Below, one piece after another: positions 40,989 through 55,159 of a stretch of 64,000 nucleotides of DNA; the stretch's first letter is position 1, and each line of letters opens with the position of its first letter. The notes under the pieces are model-generated. The model ran no database searches, was not told the DNA's origin, and saw only the letters and a list, made by a program, of their open reading frames with translations. Source of the DNA: Eledone cirrhosa (Eukaryota); NCBI GenBank assembly GCA_964016885.1, contig OZ024745.1:118110001-118174000 (forward strand), written 5' to 3'. Both the position numbers and the translations under genes were made by a program.

Positions 40989-41420
40989 TGTTAGACAGGT
41001 TGTACTGAGGTTAGACAGGTCAGATGACTATGTTAGACAGGTTGTACTGAGGTTAGACAGGTCAGATGACTATGTTAGACAGGTTGTACTGAGGTTAGAC
41101 AGGTCAGATGACTATGTTAGACAGGTTGTACTGAGGTTAGACAGGTCAGATTACTATGTTAGACAGGTTGTATGACTAGGTTAGACAGGTTGTACTAAGG
41201 TTAGACAGGTCATATGACTATGTTAGACAGGTTGTACTGAGGTTAGACAGGTTGTACTGAAGTAAGACAGGTCAGATGACTATGTTAGACAGGTTGTACT
41301 GAGGTTAGACAGGTCAGATGACTATGTTAGACAGATCAGATGACTGTTAGACAGGTTACACAGGTCAGATGACTATGTTAGACAGGCTGTACTGAGGTTG
41401 AACTCATCAGATGACTATAT
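40989..41420. repeat. 42-bp minisatellite of two 21-bp subunits, inside a SINE family B copy
   Basis: Unit tgttagacaggttgtactgaggttagacaggtcagatgacta. SINE tail at 40920-40990; body resumes at about 41450. Confidence 0.9.
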
Positions 41421-41810
41421 CTTACTTTTATGCTTCATATTTGACTTTGTTTCCATGGCTGGATGCTCTTCCAAATGCCAGTCACATGTCATTGCCCTCA
41501 CCACAGTAAGTTGATTGGCTTATCAAGTGATTTGTTAGCTGGCAAAGCAAATGAATTAACTTAGAGCTAGAGTGATTCTACAAGGCGGACTTGTCTTTAA
41601 CACATACAGTGCACAAAGATAAATTTGAAGTTAAAATAGTGAGACCTTGAAAGAGATAGCAATACTCCAGCAACCCAAGCATTTAATCTACTCTATGTTG
41701 CACTTATAATAATAATAATAATAGTAAAATGATTTTCCATGCTGGCATGGGTTGGACGGGTTTTGTTACATGTTACTTTTATTTGATTTAAATTTGCATA
41801 ATCTTTCCAG

Positions 41811-42265
41811 TAATAATGGTTTCTGATTTAGGCACAAGGCCAGCAATTTTAGGGGAGGGGAAAGTCGATGAAATCGACCCCAGTTCATCACTGGTGCTTC
41901 ATTTTATTGACCCATAAGGATGAAAGGCAAAGCTAACCTTGGTGGGATTTGAACTCAGAACGTAAAGGGGCATAACACTATGCCGTGAAGCCTGGTGTCT
42001 GACACTCCACCACCCTGTGGATATAATAATAATTGTTTCTACTTTTGGCACAAGGCCAGCAATTACCCCAGTGTATTACTGGTACTTTATTTTATCGACC
42101 CCGTAAGGATGAAAGGCAAAGTCAACCTCGGCGGGATTTGAACTCGGAATGGAAAGGGCCGTAACTCTTTGCATCAAAGCATGGCGTCCGACCCTCTACC
42201 GATACTGCCAATCCACCACCCTAACATGGCGTCCGACCCTCTACCGATACTGCCAATCCACCGTG
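41811..42265 (-). mobile_element. Two tandem SINE family A copies (41811-42015, 42028-42265)
   Basis: Both match the consensus; the second has a ~46-bp duplication in its head. Confidence 0.85.
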
Positions 42266-42994
42266 GATATAATAATAATAATGATACTTTCTAGCATAGA
42301 CATAGGTTCAGAAATTTGGGAAGAGTCTTTAGTTGATTATATCGACTCCAATATTTCACAGGTACTTTATTGAATGGAAAGATGAAAGGTAAGCTTCCAA
42401 CACAGACACAAGGCTAGAAACTGAGGCAGGAAGGTAAGTTGATTAAACTAATCTTAGCATTTGACTGTTATTTTAGTTTATTGATGATATAACTATAAAT
42501 TAGTTAAACATTCAGAAAAAGAAAGCTGTATTGGAAAGGACTATAAATGTCATAAATGAGAAGGAAATGAGGGGAAGAGCAAGGACTATTATACAAAGGA
42601 AGACAGAAAGGGGGAAGGGAAGAGGGTGACAGACTCTACACCTAAGTCAGAATGGTGTTTTGGCCGTGCGTGCCCTTGGACAGAATGGCAAAGGCATTTC
42701 CACGGACAATGGTCAGCAACACACACTGCCACCCCAACTTGTGGGGTTCCTACATCAGATAGGTTGCTATTGATCTGGTGGTCAGTGACACCTGCTACAA
42801 CAGCCACCCCAACTTGTGGGGTCCCTTCATCAGGCAGGTTACTATTGATCTGGTTCTATGGAGGAGGTCATCTGTTTATTGATTCTAGAAGGATGAAAGG
42901 TAAAGTTAGTGTTTAAACCCAGAATGTAAAGAATTCTAAGTCAATGTTGTTAGAAGTCTAATGTTTCTGCCAATCTAATTATTATTATTGCAGC

Positions 42995-43650
42995 AGTAGT
43001 GGTGGTGGGTGTTGTAGTAGTATTAATAGTGGTAGTGGTGGTGGGGGTGTGTTGTAGTAGTATTAATAGTGGTAGTGGTGGAGGTTGTTGTAGTAGTATT
43101 AATAGTAGTAGTGGTGGTGGCTGTAGTACTAATAGAAGTAGTAGTGGTTCTAATAGTAGTTGTAGTGGTGGTAGTAGTGGTTATGGTTGTAGTAGTAATA
43201 CTAATAGTAGTAGTGGTGGTGGTTGTAGTAGTAGTACTAATAGAAGTAGTAGTGGTTCTAATAGTAGTTGTTGTAGTAGTACTAATAGAAGTAGTAGTGG
43301 TTCTAATAGTAGTTGTAGTGGTGGTAGTAGTGGTTATGGTTGTAGTAGTAATACTAATAGTAGTAGTGGTGGTGGTTGTAGTAGTAGTACTAATAGAAGT
43401 AGTAGTGGTTCTAATAGTAGTTGTTGTAGTAGTACTAATAGAAGTAGTAGTGGTTCTAATAGTAGTTGTAGTGGTGGTAGTAGTGGTTATGGTTGTAGTA
43501 GTAATACTAATAGTAGTAGTGGTGGTGGTTGTAGTAGTAGTAGTGCTAATAGAAGTAGTAGTGGTTCTAATAGTAGTTGTGGTGGTTGTTGTGGTAGTAC
43601 TAATAGTAGTAGTAGTGGTGGTGGTGGTGGTGGTAGTAGTAGTGGTTATT
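42995..43650. repeat. (GTA/GTG)n triplet repeat with a 153-bp higher-order period
   Basis: ggttatggttg recurs at 43179, 43332 and 43485. Confidence 0.93.
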
Positions 43651-44228
43651 AGTGTTGTTTTGTTGATTACTTTTGAATAATTACAATGTAGATTTTGTAA
43701 GATAAATAGTATTTCTTTCAACTGTGTGGCATTAATGTTCTTCAAATATGATGAACCTATCACTTTGGGGAGGAGTAGGGAGAGGGGGGGGGGAGAGAGA
43801 GAGAGAGAGAGGGAGAGAGAAAGACAGACAGACAGAAGATATGTATCCAATAACTTCCAGCTGCAGAATAAAAGACCAAGCTGGCTAAAATAAGACTTAA
43901 CAAATGTTGGATTTTTGACCATTTCCAATGAAACCAATTTACTAATAGACTCACCATACTAATAACTCTACATTCACTTTTATTTAACACTAACATCACT
44001 CTGATGGTGAGGTCATTTTTTTTTTAAACTGTCATCTGCCTATTTTTAGGATCTGATATTTGTGTAGACATTGTTAAAGCGAAGGTTTTATCATAGGATA
44101 GTTTCTGCTTTTTTACTTTTTGAATTAATCAATAGAATAAAGCCGGAATATTTCACAGGGGTTTACAGAAGCAAATGTATATCATGACTCATACACTGTT
44201 CATTTTCCTGACATTTGAACATTACTGA

Positions 44229-44417
44229 CTTCAAATCCCACCAAGGTTAACTTTGCATCCTTACGGGGTCGATAAAATAAAGTACCAGTAATGTACTAGG
44301 TAATTGCTGGCCTTGTGCCTAAAGTAGATAGTATTATTCTATGTACTATACAAGCACCTTCGATGAGTTGTAGTGCACCTGAGCACTGTACACAATAATT
44401 TCATTATTATTATTATT
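44229..44417 (+). mobile_element. SINE family A 3' part joined to the CR1 3' tail
   Basis: 44229-44335 is SINE core and tail; 44336-44417 is the reverse complement of 12105-12185. Confidence 0.75.
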
Positions 44418-44430
44418 AAATATAGTTAAA

Positions 44431-44613
44431 GTAGAAATAGAATCTTTTGCCGTATTTTTTTTTTACTAAAGAAATTTTAGCCTGATAGTGGGGTTTAAAA
44501 CCCTCTAAAAATGGAAAAGGATGAGTGTCAAGTTTTTAGAGCGTTTTAAACCCCACTATCAGGTTAAAATTTTTTTAATAAAAAAAAAAAAAAATACCAC
44601 ATTCTATTTCTAC
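44431..44613. repeat. ~180-bp imperfect inverted repeat
   Basis: gtagaaatagaat...cctgatagtggggtttaaaaccctctaaaaa / tttttagagcgttttaaaccccactatcagg...attctatttctac. Confidence 0.85.
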
Positions 44614-45029
44614 AAAATTTCAAAATTTTCTCATTGTTTCAAAACAAACTTACTTATAGTTATTGTGCCTTAGCCACTACAGAAAGATATGTTATGATAG
44701 AAGTAATGATGTGACTCCCTAAACATTACACACAGTAACTAGTGGAGTTCAACTGTGGCCATTGTCTAGATGGGTAGACATGTCATATAGTTACTGAAAT
44801 AAGGCTGTAATGCATGGTATCTTGCAGACAATCATTAGCATGCAGAGAGTACTCCCCCAGCCACCACATCAGGGCAGGTGGTGGGGACATCCAACCAAAG
44901 GGTCATTTTCCATTCAATACAGCTACTGAGCCCAACACACACCTATCCAAAATCCAGTTTTCTGTTCAGATAAAAAAGCTGAGGAATTTATTAACTTGAA
45001 ATTTGATGCTTGTTCTCAGTCAAAATTAG

Positions 45030-45210
45030 GCATATCCAGCCAGAGTTCTTTCAACTCTTTCTGTTCAAACTGGCTGTTCATACTGATGTTAAGGTATTGT
45101 TCTCAAAATAAATAATATCAAAATCTCATAGATTCATATTATGTGAAATAAAACCTTTACTGCAAAAATACAATAGTATATATAGAGTAATGTAAATGCT
45201 AAAGGGTTAA
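45030..45210 (+). mobile_element. piggyBac-like MITE, left end missing
   Basis: Same internal sequence as 36318-36512; ends taaatgctaaagggTTAA. Confidence 0.65.
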
Positions 45211-45654
45211 TGATATGTATGATTGCTTTCTGAAAGGAGATTTAATATCAGGAACTGGATTAAATAAAATTGACTGATTTTAAAATAATTTGAATGAAAT
45301 TTTTATTTCATATTTCATCTGTTTTTACATATTTAAAATGTCTTCCTTGCTCTCATTTCACAGTACAAGACCCATACGTGAGTTTTAGGGGCATACAATC
45401 AAGGAGCTGGCTCCGGCATCACTAAACCTCTGCCTGCCACTGTCTACCACTAACCACACAGCACTGAAATAGTAGTAGCATTTGTTGTCATTTAGACTAA
45501 TTGAAGCCATAGAAATTCATAATCTTGCAACTAAGGCAACATCTCTATGTATTTTCTCTTTCTCTCTCTCTTAGAAGAAATACAAGTGTTCAAAATGTTG
45601 GGATCTTTCACTCCTCACAATAAAGCAACTCACAGAACTCTTCTGCAAGACCTC

Positions 45655-45826
45655 TTAACCCATTAGCATTTAAACTGGCCACTCATACTGACATTAAGGT
45701 ATTGTTTTCAAAATAGATAACATTAAAATCTCAGATTCATTATTATGTGAGATAATTATGTAAGATAAAGTCTTTACCACAAATGTACAATAGTAAATAT
45801 AGAGTAATGTAAATGCTAAAGGTTAA
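45655..45826 (+). mobile_element. piggyBac-like MITE
   Basis: TTAAcccattagcattta ... taaatgctaaaggTTAA. Confidence 0.7.
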
Positions 45827-46879
45827 TGTAAATTGTACTTTATCTAGTAAAGTGATGATGATGATGAAATGGTACAACATATAATGCCATTAATCACTGG
45901 AGTGTGAAGCAATAAATGGTACTTGTAATCGGCCAATTACACTTAACCATGGAAAGTAAATTGAGCCTTATCTTTTGATCACAATATATTAAATATAACA
46001 AGATTTGAACATATAAGCTGGTGGTCTAAGCTTGAACTTCCCTCGATCAGCTGTAGATATCTTATTGTCAATGTACAGATTTCATAAACTCTGGAAATTT
46101 TATATTCATATGACCATGTGTCTCAGGTTTAAAATAGGTACACAGTATCCCTGCATGTTATAAAAAGCAACTAAAAGGGTTGGGGGTCAGGAAGGGCATC
46201 CATCTGTAAAACATTGCCTCAAAAAGTCCTGTCCAACCCATGCCAGCATAGAAAGGTGGACATAAAAACAATGGTGATGATGATGATGAACTGGAAACTT
46301 TTTTGAGAAGCAGTAGTGGACTCAGGTTTTATAGTGTAAATTTGGTGAGAGATACAATTTTTCCCCAAATATGATAGATACTAATGAACTGGTACTTACT
46401 TTCTGACAGATAGTTAAACTGAAGGATGTAAAATAAAATTTCCTGCCCCAGAAATACAATAAAATGCTGGCAGCAGATTTGAACTTACAAACTGACAGTT
46501 GGTAATCCAAAACATTGTCCAGCTTTACAATTCTTATCTTACTTTATACTATTCATCAAAACAAAAATAACTGTAAAAAGAAGGAAAACCCTCAATAGAT
46601 GGATAGGAACAATAAAAAATAACATTTTCACCCTTTGTTAAATAAACCATCTAAAACTGCTCCTGGTTCTACAATACAAAACTGACTGTTTTATAGTGTT
46701 TCATTTATCTAAAAATCTTCCTACATAATTTTATATAAAAACCTTTAGGTTATGTTGCAAACACCAGCTTAATAATGAGGAGGTTAGCTATGTTGCTAAA
46801 TCCCACAAAAGTCTAGATTATTTTCAAAATGATTTGGAAACCATAGAGCGTCTTTCATTAGAAATATGTTAACAAAATG

Positions 46880-47437
46880 GCTGAATGGAGTTCCACTGAA
46901 GCAGGTGGAGATGTTGAAGTATCTCAAGGTCGTATTTACGAGTGATGGAAGGCAGGAGGATGAATTAAGTGCAAGAATTGCAGGAGCTGGTGTAATATTG
47001 TGCCAGCTTCAGCATTCAGTAATCAGAAGGAAGGTAGGTGTAAAAGCAAAACTCGCTACCTTCAATTCGGTATTGGTGCCAACTCTTACCTATGGTCATG
47101 AATCTTGGGTAATGACTGAAAGAATAAGATTGGAATACAAGCGGCTGAAATGGGTTTCCTCCAAAGGGGATTTTAGAGTAACATTACTCGACAGAGTGCG
47201 TAGCTCAGAGATCAGAAAGCCACTTCATATAGAGCTACTACTCCTCCGAATTGAGAGATCACAGCAGGAAACCCAAAGCAAGATGGTTGGATAAACATCT
47301 ATGAGCTCAGCTGATCTCACTTGGGAATCTAGCCGGATCAGTTGGAAACAATTGCTTCTGACACAGGATCTGATGGGAGGAGTGTTTGAGGACTCTGTCC
47401 CCATGACCTTCTAGGGAATAAGTGGGCAAAGAAGAAG
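46880..47437 (+). mobile_element. RTE-type LINE 3' part
   Basis: LNGVPLKQVEMLKYL...ELSARIAGAG...KLATFNSVLVPTLTYGHESWVMT...LLDRVRSSEIR; (GAA)n tail. Confidence 0.85.
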
Positions 47438-48331
47438 ACGACGAAGGGTTAAATTAGTTGAAATCCTACAAGAGTTAACTGTACCTTTCACACTTTTGAG
47501 GTTGATAAAAGTTCTAAGTACTAGGGTTAATTTGAGCGACTGTGTGCACCAACAATCTCACTGGGTTCCTCCTGCAAAATCAATATATTAAGGGACTAAA
47601 ACATTCAGTAACACCCTACTCCAACTATCTCTCTCGTTTTTCATCTTTACAATTTAAATGTCTTTTTCTTTTGAAATAAATTATTGTTAGCATTTATCCT
47701 ATTATGTTCTTAATCTAATATTTTATTGTAGTCAAGAATAGACATTGCAACGATTAGCAATAATTGTTTACATTTTTCTTGTTTTGTTTTTATCATCATT
47801 ATTGTTACTGCATCCCTATAACATTGAGCATAGCAGCTCCTCATGCAAGTCCACCAAATCCTGCAGCAATTAACAAGAGATTGCTGTGATTTGTTAATAT
47901 GGTTTATCATTGATAGAGCTACTACTATTGAGATTGTTCTTGCTGACATCACTACTATTGCTACTGTTATTGGAACAGACACTGATTGTACAGTAAGCCA
48001 TTTACAATGCTAGTTGCAACATTGCTATCGTTATGAAGACATCTTTCTGAAATTTATAATTCCCATGCCAGTAGGAGAGATCTCACTGAATAAAAGTGGA
48101 GACAACAATGATGCAAGAATATAATAAATACACAATAAAAATACAGGTAGCATAAAAAACCCCCAGAACAACAGCAGCTAAAGAGAAGCAGCAGTTGCAA
48201 TCATCTTTACAAATGGTTTTAAAGTCTCCCAGTCTTAATTAAAACTACCACAATATTTTAAGGGAAAAAATGTTAAAAATATAATTGAGCTCTAGAAAGT
48301 TACTAAATCGATAAGAATTTACCCAAATTAC

Positions 48332-48363
<32 letters not shown>

Positions 48364-48818
48364 GGGTTCGCAGAAGATATAGAAGGAAAATATGCCAGTC
48401 AAAAAATATACCTTGAGGTAGTAGTAGCAAATTGGTAATAGTAGTAACAATGATAATGATTCTTTTAAAAAACAGCAACCACATACTTTTAGGGGTATTG
48501 TTGTTGTAAATGATTGGTATTTCTGATACATGATTGGTATTTCATCAATACTTGATAGATAACAGTTGATTTTGGCAAGATTTGAACTCAGAACATAGAA
48601 GAATGTAACTAAATACTGTAAAATAATATTTATTTAGTTCAGTTCTTTATTATTTCTGCCATCCTACAAAATTAATAATTATGATTTTTTAAAAAAATAT
48701 ATACTATATAGGTAGCTTAATTATAGGTTCCAGTGGTAGTAACATTGAAATGTGATGTTTGGATCTTTCTAAAAAGCCATTAAAGTGAATGGAATTTCTA
48801 CTACTCCAACTTCTTTTA

Positions 48819-49250
48819 ATAATGGTTTCTGATTTAGGCACAAGGCCAACAATTTGAGGAGGAGAAAGTCAATTAACTCAACCCCAGTGTGTTACTGGTA
48901 CTTTATTTTGTCGACCCTTCATAAGATTGAAAGGCAAAGTTAGCCTCAGCAGTATTTGAATTGAGAACGTAAAGGGCCATAACTCCATGCTGCACAGCAT
49001 GCTGTCCGACACTCTACCAATATCTCCAATCCATTTCTATTTAATAATAATAATAATAATTCTGACATTTTCACAAGGCCAGCAATTTGGAGGAAGGAAA
49101 AGTTTGATTATATCGACCCCTCATATTTTATTTCATTGACCTTGGAAAGATGAAAGGCAAAGTTGACCTCAATGGGATTTGAACTCAGAATGTAAAGGGC
49201 CAGAACTAAATACCACAAGGCTATTTTGTTTGATGCTCTAACAATTCTGT
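48819..49250 (-). mobile_element. Two tandem SINE family A copies
   Basis: Consensus matches at 48819-49035 and 49070-49250; older copies at about 38636-38830 and 51570-51690. Confidence 0.75.
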
Positions 49251-49536
49251 CAAATGCGATTTTAAAGAATGGATTTGTTATAGAACTTCTAAGTAATAAG
49301 TTTTCATGGTAAGAAATAGTAGTTTTATGAGGTTCATACTTTTCCTAGAAAAAATTAGTGATGTACATTTTACAATTACAACTGGAAATGAACACAGTAC
49401 TTTCCACATTAAACAACATAATCTTCTATACTGAAGTCTTGACTACAATAATACAATGATTTTCTCAATTATAGCTATGCAGCTGAAGCTTTCTTAACAA
49501 ACTCCCAATTGCTTTCAAAAATATGAATACCATGTT

Positions 49537-49732
49537 TTAACCCTTTAGCATTTAAACTGGCTATATCCGGCCAGAATTCTCTCACCTCTTTCTGTTCAAA
49601 CTGGCCATAACTGGCTGCTCATAGTTATGTTAAGGTATTGTTCTCAAAATCTCACAGATTTGATATTATGTGAGGTAAATTGTTTACCATGAAAATAAAA
49701 TAGTATATATAATGTAAATGCTAAAGGGTTAA
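49537..49732 (+). mobile_element. piggyBac-like MITE with intact TIRs
   Basis: TTAA-CCCTTTAGCATTTA ... TAAATGCTAAAGGG-TTAA: perfect 14-bp TIR and TTAA target. Confidence 0.8.
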
Positions 49733-50432
49733 ATGATGAATTTCAAGACAATGTTGCTATGTTTTACACATTTAGACAAAGATTGCAACATCTTGCACAC
49801 ACTCTCAGAGTGCAGTGGACATCTTATGTCTAAATATTCAAGGTGCAATACCTCACAGCTATATCTAAGGATGAAAGGCAAAGTTTATCTCGGCGGGATT
49901 TGAACTCAGAACATAAAGGACCAAAGCATGGTGTCTGATGCACTACCAATACTGCCAATCCACCACCCTCATAATAATAATAATCTCTGATATTAACAAG
50001 AATAATTCCTCAAATTTATAAAAAATCAGATTCCTAAGTACTTAACTTCAATAGATAATTGGTACTAATTTTCTCATCCACAGAAAAGACATATTCCCAG
50101 GACAATTTCCACACAGAATATAGACAGATGAAACTAAATATTGGTAAACATTTATTCCAGAACTCTTGCATTTCTGTTAGAATATTAACAATTATAACAA
50201 TTTCTTACAAGGGCATAAAGCTAGGAACTTGTAGTAAAGGGGTAAGTTGATTAAATACCAATAGATATCTGGTATTTATTGACTCCAGAGCAGTGAAAGG
50301 TAAAGATGAACCAAATAAGTGTTGAATGTAGTGTTACTAAAATCTAAATATCTTAAACATTTAGTCTAGATCAATACCACTGTCACTCCACTTCCCATTT
50401 AATAATAATAGAAATAATAACAACAATGATTG

Positions 50433-50470
<38 letters not shown>

Positions 50471-50575
50471 ATATGTGATAACACAAAATTATTTGTCCAT
50501 AATATGAAATAAGACTACAGCAGATATATATTGCATTCACTGTCACATTTTTCTCTCTTCCTGTGTATATATGTA

Positions 50576-50640
<65 letters not shown>

Positions 50641-53479
50641 GAGAGAGAGAGAAATTTAAGTTAAACCTACACATGTATGCTCCCTTTAGTAAACACATTT
50701 TTAGCCAATCCAGCTAAGTGTGTTTACAAAAAAAAAAAAATGTATATATATATATATATAGGAACCATACCATTCTAGATCTCTATTTATCCTAACACCA
50801 TGTAGTGCTTCTATTATATATGTTTGAATGTATATATAAATATATATATACATGCACACATATACATACATATATATATATAAACAAATGCAAAAACATA
50901 CATGTAAATAGTGAACCTAGACAGTTTTTGAATTTCATCTATCCATGATAGAGAATTTCTCAAAATGTCTAAGTGCACCTCATTAATTTATTGACTCATT
51001 GTAACTTCTAACTTCACTCAAGCACATATGTTTGTCTGCATATAATCCACATAATGTCTTTGAACACTGTAGCCACACTTTCTGTACAAAGGCTTTGTTC
51101 ATAGGTAACCTCTACACCAGCTCAACATGGCATGCTTTTCTGTACACCTTCCATGAATTGAGAACATATGAAATAGTTTTTACAATAAGGGGCTGGATGA
51201 CTTGTACTGCCCCCCAACAAAAAAACAAAACAATAAAAAACAGCACCAAAAACAAAAGCCGAAACCCCCCAAAATACTATACAGATTTTGCTTTACTATT
51301 TTTTCAAGCCAATTGATGCTTATGTTGCACAAACCTTCAGATGCAGCACTTATAGGTCTCTCTGTGTATGTTATTTGGTAACTGTCCATTACTAGACAAC
51401 TGATCAAGTCATCATGCACAGATGTTGTGCATAAGCCTCTTCTTACTAGACAACTGATCAAGCCACAATACACAGATGTGCATTAGCCTCTTGTTACTAG
51501 ACAGCTGATCAAGCCATCATGCACAGATGATGTGCATTAGCCTCTTGCTCAGTATATGACTGATATTTATTTTATTAACCCCAGAAGAATGAAAGGTAGA
51601 AGCTGACATTGGCAGGCTTTGGACTCAAAATGTAAAGGGCCATTACTAAATACCGCAAGGCATTTTGTCTGATTCTTTAACAATCTGCCAATCTACTGTA
51701 ATCTATAAGTTACATAAATCAAGTAAACAGACCCACAACGCTGAAAGGAAATGACCCTACTCTCTGCCTAAACTTTTGTTTTATATACAAATTTTAGTTT
51801 GAAGGATCTCCAATAATCTCTCACGGTGATCTACCTCCTCCGCTCACACACATTCTTCATGATTCCTGAAGCTGCACCTTTCACAAAGTGAACAGGTTCT
51901 TTCCAGACTTTGAATAGCTGCTATAATTGTGTAATCTTGTTGCTCTTGTTGTTCATGTTCTGTTGGTTTGCTGCTGTGTATTGCTGTCTTCTACATTACT
52001 ACTTTCTTCTTGTCACTGCTTCACTTACATTCATATTGCTGTTGTCTTCAATTGTCAATAATGTAAATGCTTTTTGATATTGAGTCATATTGAAATGTCA
52101 GCCTTAGAGTATTGTTGAGAGGGAGTTTATTATGTAATGTAGTGTAGTGTAGTTGTATAATTAGCACTGTATGTACTTAGTTGTAAAGTTAGTACTATAT
52201 GTAATGTAGTATAGTTGCAATGTTAGTACTATATTGTAATGTTGTAGTATAGTTGTAATGTTAGTACTCTATGTAAATGTAGTGTAGTTGTAATGTTAGT
52301 TAGCTATGTGCTTATATATAACTTACATTCCCTTGTGTTTATATTTTGGCTTTAGCTTACACCTATACATAATTCACATGTTGAATTTCATTAATACTTC
52401 ATGCAACTTCCCATGTGGTTGTGTTTACATTAAAAAAACAATTAGTTGAAGTCATCTCAATTTAGCAGTGTTGTAATGGTAGATATCATGGCAATGAGTT
52501 TCTGCAATCTATTCCCAGAACAAACCAACTAACTTGTGCTTTTAAATCACCACTCTCACCACTCCTGGTTCATTGACAACAACTTCTAATGGTCTATGAG
52601 ATGACAGATGGCTGATAGACAACTGCACATAGGTTTCACACAAGTGGAAGGTATCTGTATGTATATATGTATCATATATATTATGTGTGTATATATATAT
52701 CATATTATATATATATTTATATATATAAATTCATGTGACAGCATACTACAGGTATGTTTGTTTTGTAGCAAAATCAAATGCTGTTTAAGCAGGGATTTTT
52801 GATTTTTGCACAATATATTTTTGCATCAACATATATTTGTTTACTAAGCTGATATTTAGTGAGAATGGTGACCAGGCCATCTCTACACACTCAATAAATG
52901 CCAGCATGCTGCAGATTTTAAGCCCTAAATTAAGGCTTTTTGCACCCATACTTTGAGTAAAAATTCTGGCTTATTTGTATGTATATGTGAGACTAATATC
53001 AACACTTCTAGTAAATGTTACCTTATGCCTCATTTGCAACATGTTACACAAACATGTCAAATTGTTCCTTTTAAGGAAGCTTCAAGTCATCTCTGGCAAT
53101 TCAAGGCAACACTGCCAGAATGTTTGTTATTGACCTTGCTGTACTTCAGGCATTACAATGGTATGTGTTGTTACAGTTTAGTCCTATGTCAGTTTTAGTC
53201 AAACAGACCTAGGGTCAAAGTTATTCCAGCTGTGACCATCCCATCTTGTTTTCAGACATTGTATATCAAGAACTACAAAAGTATTCTTACTTTCATAAAG
53301 ACAATAATTTGATAGAAGCCTGACTGTTGTTTCTAGTAGGTCAAGTAAGTATGTAAAAGCTCTTTCAGTACTTTATTATTTTATTAATGTAGCTATTGTC
53401 TCTTGTCATTGTTGTGATAATGTTCTTGTTGTTGTCATGGTGGAATTAGAGTTGTTAGTGTGGTCTTTTGTCTTATTCT

Positions 53480-53875
53480 TGCTTACATATTGTTGTGTTG
53501 TATATACTTGTGGTTACAAGGTGTGTTGTTACTACATGTTGTGTTGTATATAATTGTGGCTACATGGTGTGTTGTGGCTACATGGTATGTTGTTACTACA
53601 TGGTGTGTTGTGTTGTATATAGTTGTGGCTACATGTGTGTTGTATTGTATATAGTTGTGGCTACATGTGTGTTGTGTTGTATTTAGTTGTTACTACATGG
53701 TGTGTTGTATATAGTTGTTGTGGCTACATGTGTGTTGTGTTGTATTTAGTTGTTACTACATGGTGTGTTGTGTCTATATAGTTGTTGTTACTACATGGTG
53801 TGTTGTGTTGTATATAGTTGTTGTTACTACATGGTGTGTTGGGTTCTATATAGTTGTTACGACATGGTATGTTGG
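53480..53875. repeat. Degenerate GT-rich minisatellite
   Basis: Repeated gttgtggctacatggtgtgttgtgttgtatata variants. Confidence 0.85.
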
Positions 53876-54347
53876 GTATATACCCATATGTAAGTATACC
53901 CATGCTAGCGTGGAAGATGGATATTAAACGATGATGATGTGTGTATATGACATGTGTAGGTATATACCCACATGTAAGTATGTGTGTATGTGTGTATGGT
54001 GTATGTAGACAGATGCTCATATGTAAATGTATGTATGTGTGTAGATAGATGCTCATATGTACATATGTATATGGTGTATGTAGGTAGATTCTCATGTGTA
54101 TTTTCTATAACTTGCAATACACACAATAACAATGAAACAACAGTTGCAACAACAACAACAACATCAACAACAATCATCATTGATAGCAAATGGTCGCAGT
54201 CATTTAATACAGAATGGTTACACACCAATGAAAAACATAGCTAAACCAACATGTTAGAAGCTTCTAGAAACACTGGAAGGGGCTTTGTGGTGATGGAGGA
54301 TGGATATTTTGTAGGTGCCTAAGTGTAAGTAATGATGACAGTCTCCC

Positions 54348-54392
<45 letters not shown>

Positions 54393-54847
54393 TCCTATCT
54401 TCATCATTACTTCATTTATTCACCATCATACTTTTGAACCACCAGAGTTTGCTCAATTATTTCTTTATCACTTCCTCCTCCCCTTCTTATCATCAACCCC
54501 CTCTCCATAGGACTCTACCTTCTCCTTCAGGTTTTTCCTCCCCCTCTTTATCTGAATTAAAAAACTTTTTTTTAGACTTTGCCCATATTATGCACACAAA
54601 ATATAGTGGTAGTGGTGATAGTATAGTGGTAGTGGTAGTGGTGATAGAGGAAAATGTTATGGAGGGAATTCCTCTCTTTCACTGGAAGAAAAATAGAATG
54701 TTAACAAAAACAATATATATATGTCTATATATATATACACACACACATATATGTATATATATGTCTACATATATATATGTATATGTATATATATATGTGT
54801 GTATGTATATATGTATATATATATATATATAAAACATTAATAAAAAC

Positions 54848-54887
<40 letters not shown>

Positions 54888-55159
54888 GACAATATTTTTG
54901 TTTTTGTTTTTCTTTTTGTTTCATTTCTTTTTTTCGTTTTATGTCTTTCATATCTTATGTCATGTTGCTGTTGTTTATGTCTGAGGGGGAGGGGAAAGAC
55001 AAGGGGAGGAAAGAAAACCAAAAAACAAACAGTATTGGCTCTTTGCTAAGGGTCATTCATTTGCTGTCACTTCTTGTTGGTATTAGCACTGTTATTGTTG
55101 TTGCTGTTCTTCTTTGTTTTTATTATAATTTTTATTGTTACAACGGTTATTGGAAACCC

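Noticed and set aside
42999-43937. Ser/Gly-rich, poly-Thr (mucin-like) or poly-Val ORFs
   Set aside because: Triplet microsatellite open in several frames, with no splice or domain evidence.
47710-47982. 90-aa hydrophobic/Cys-containing ORF
   Set aside because: Low-complexity triplet-rich sequence with no recognisable domain.
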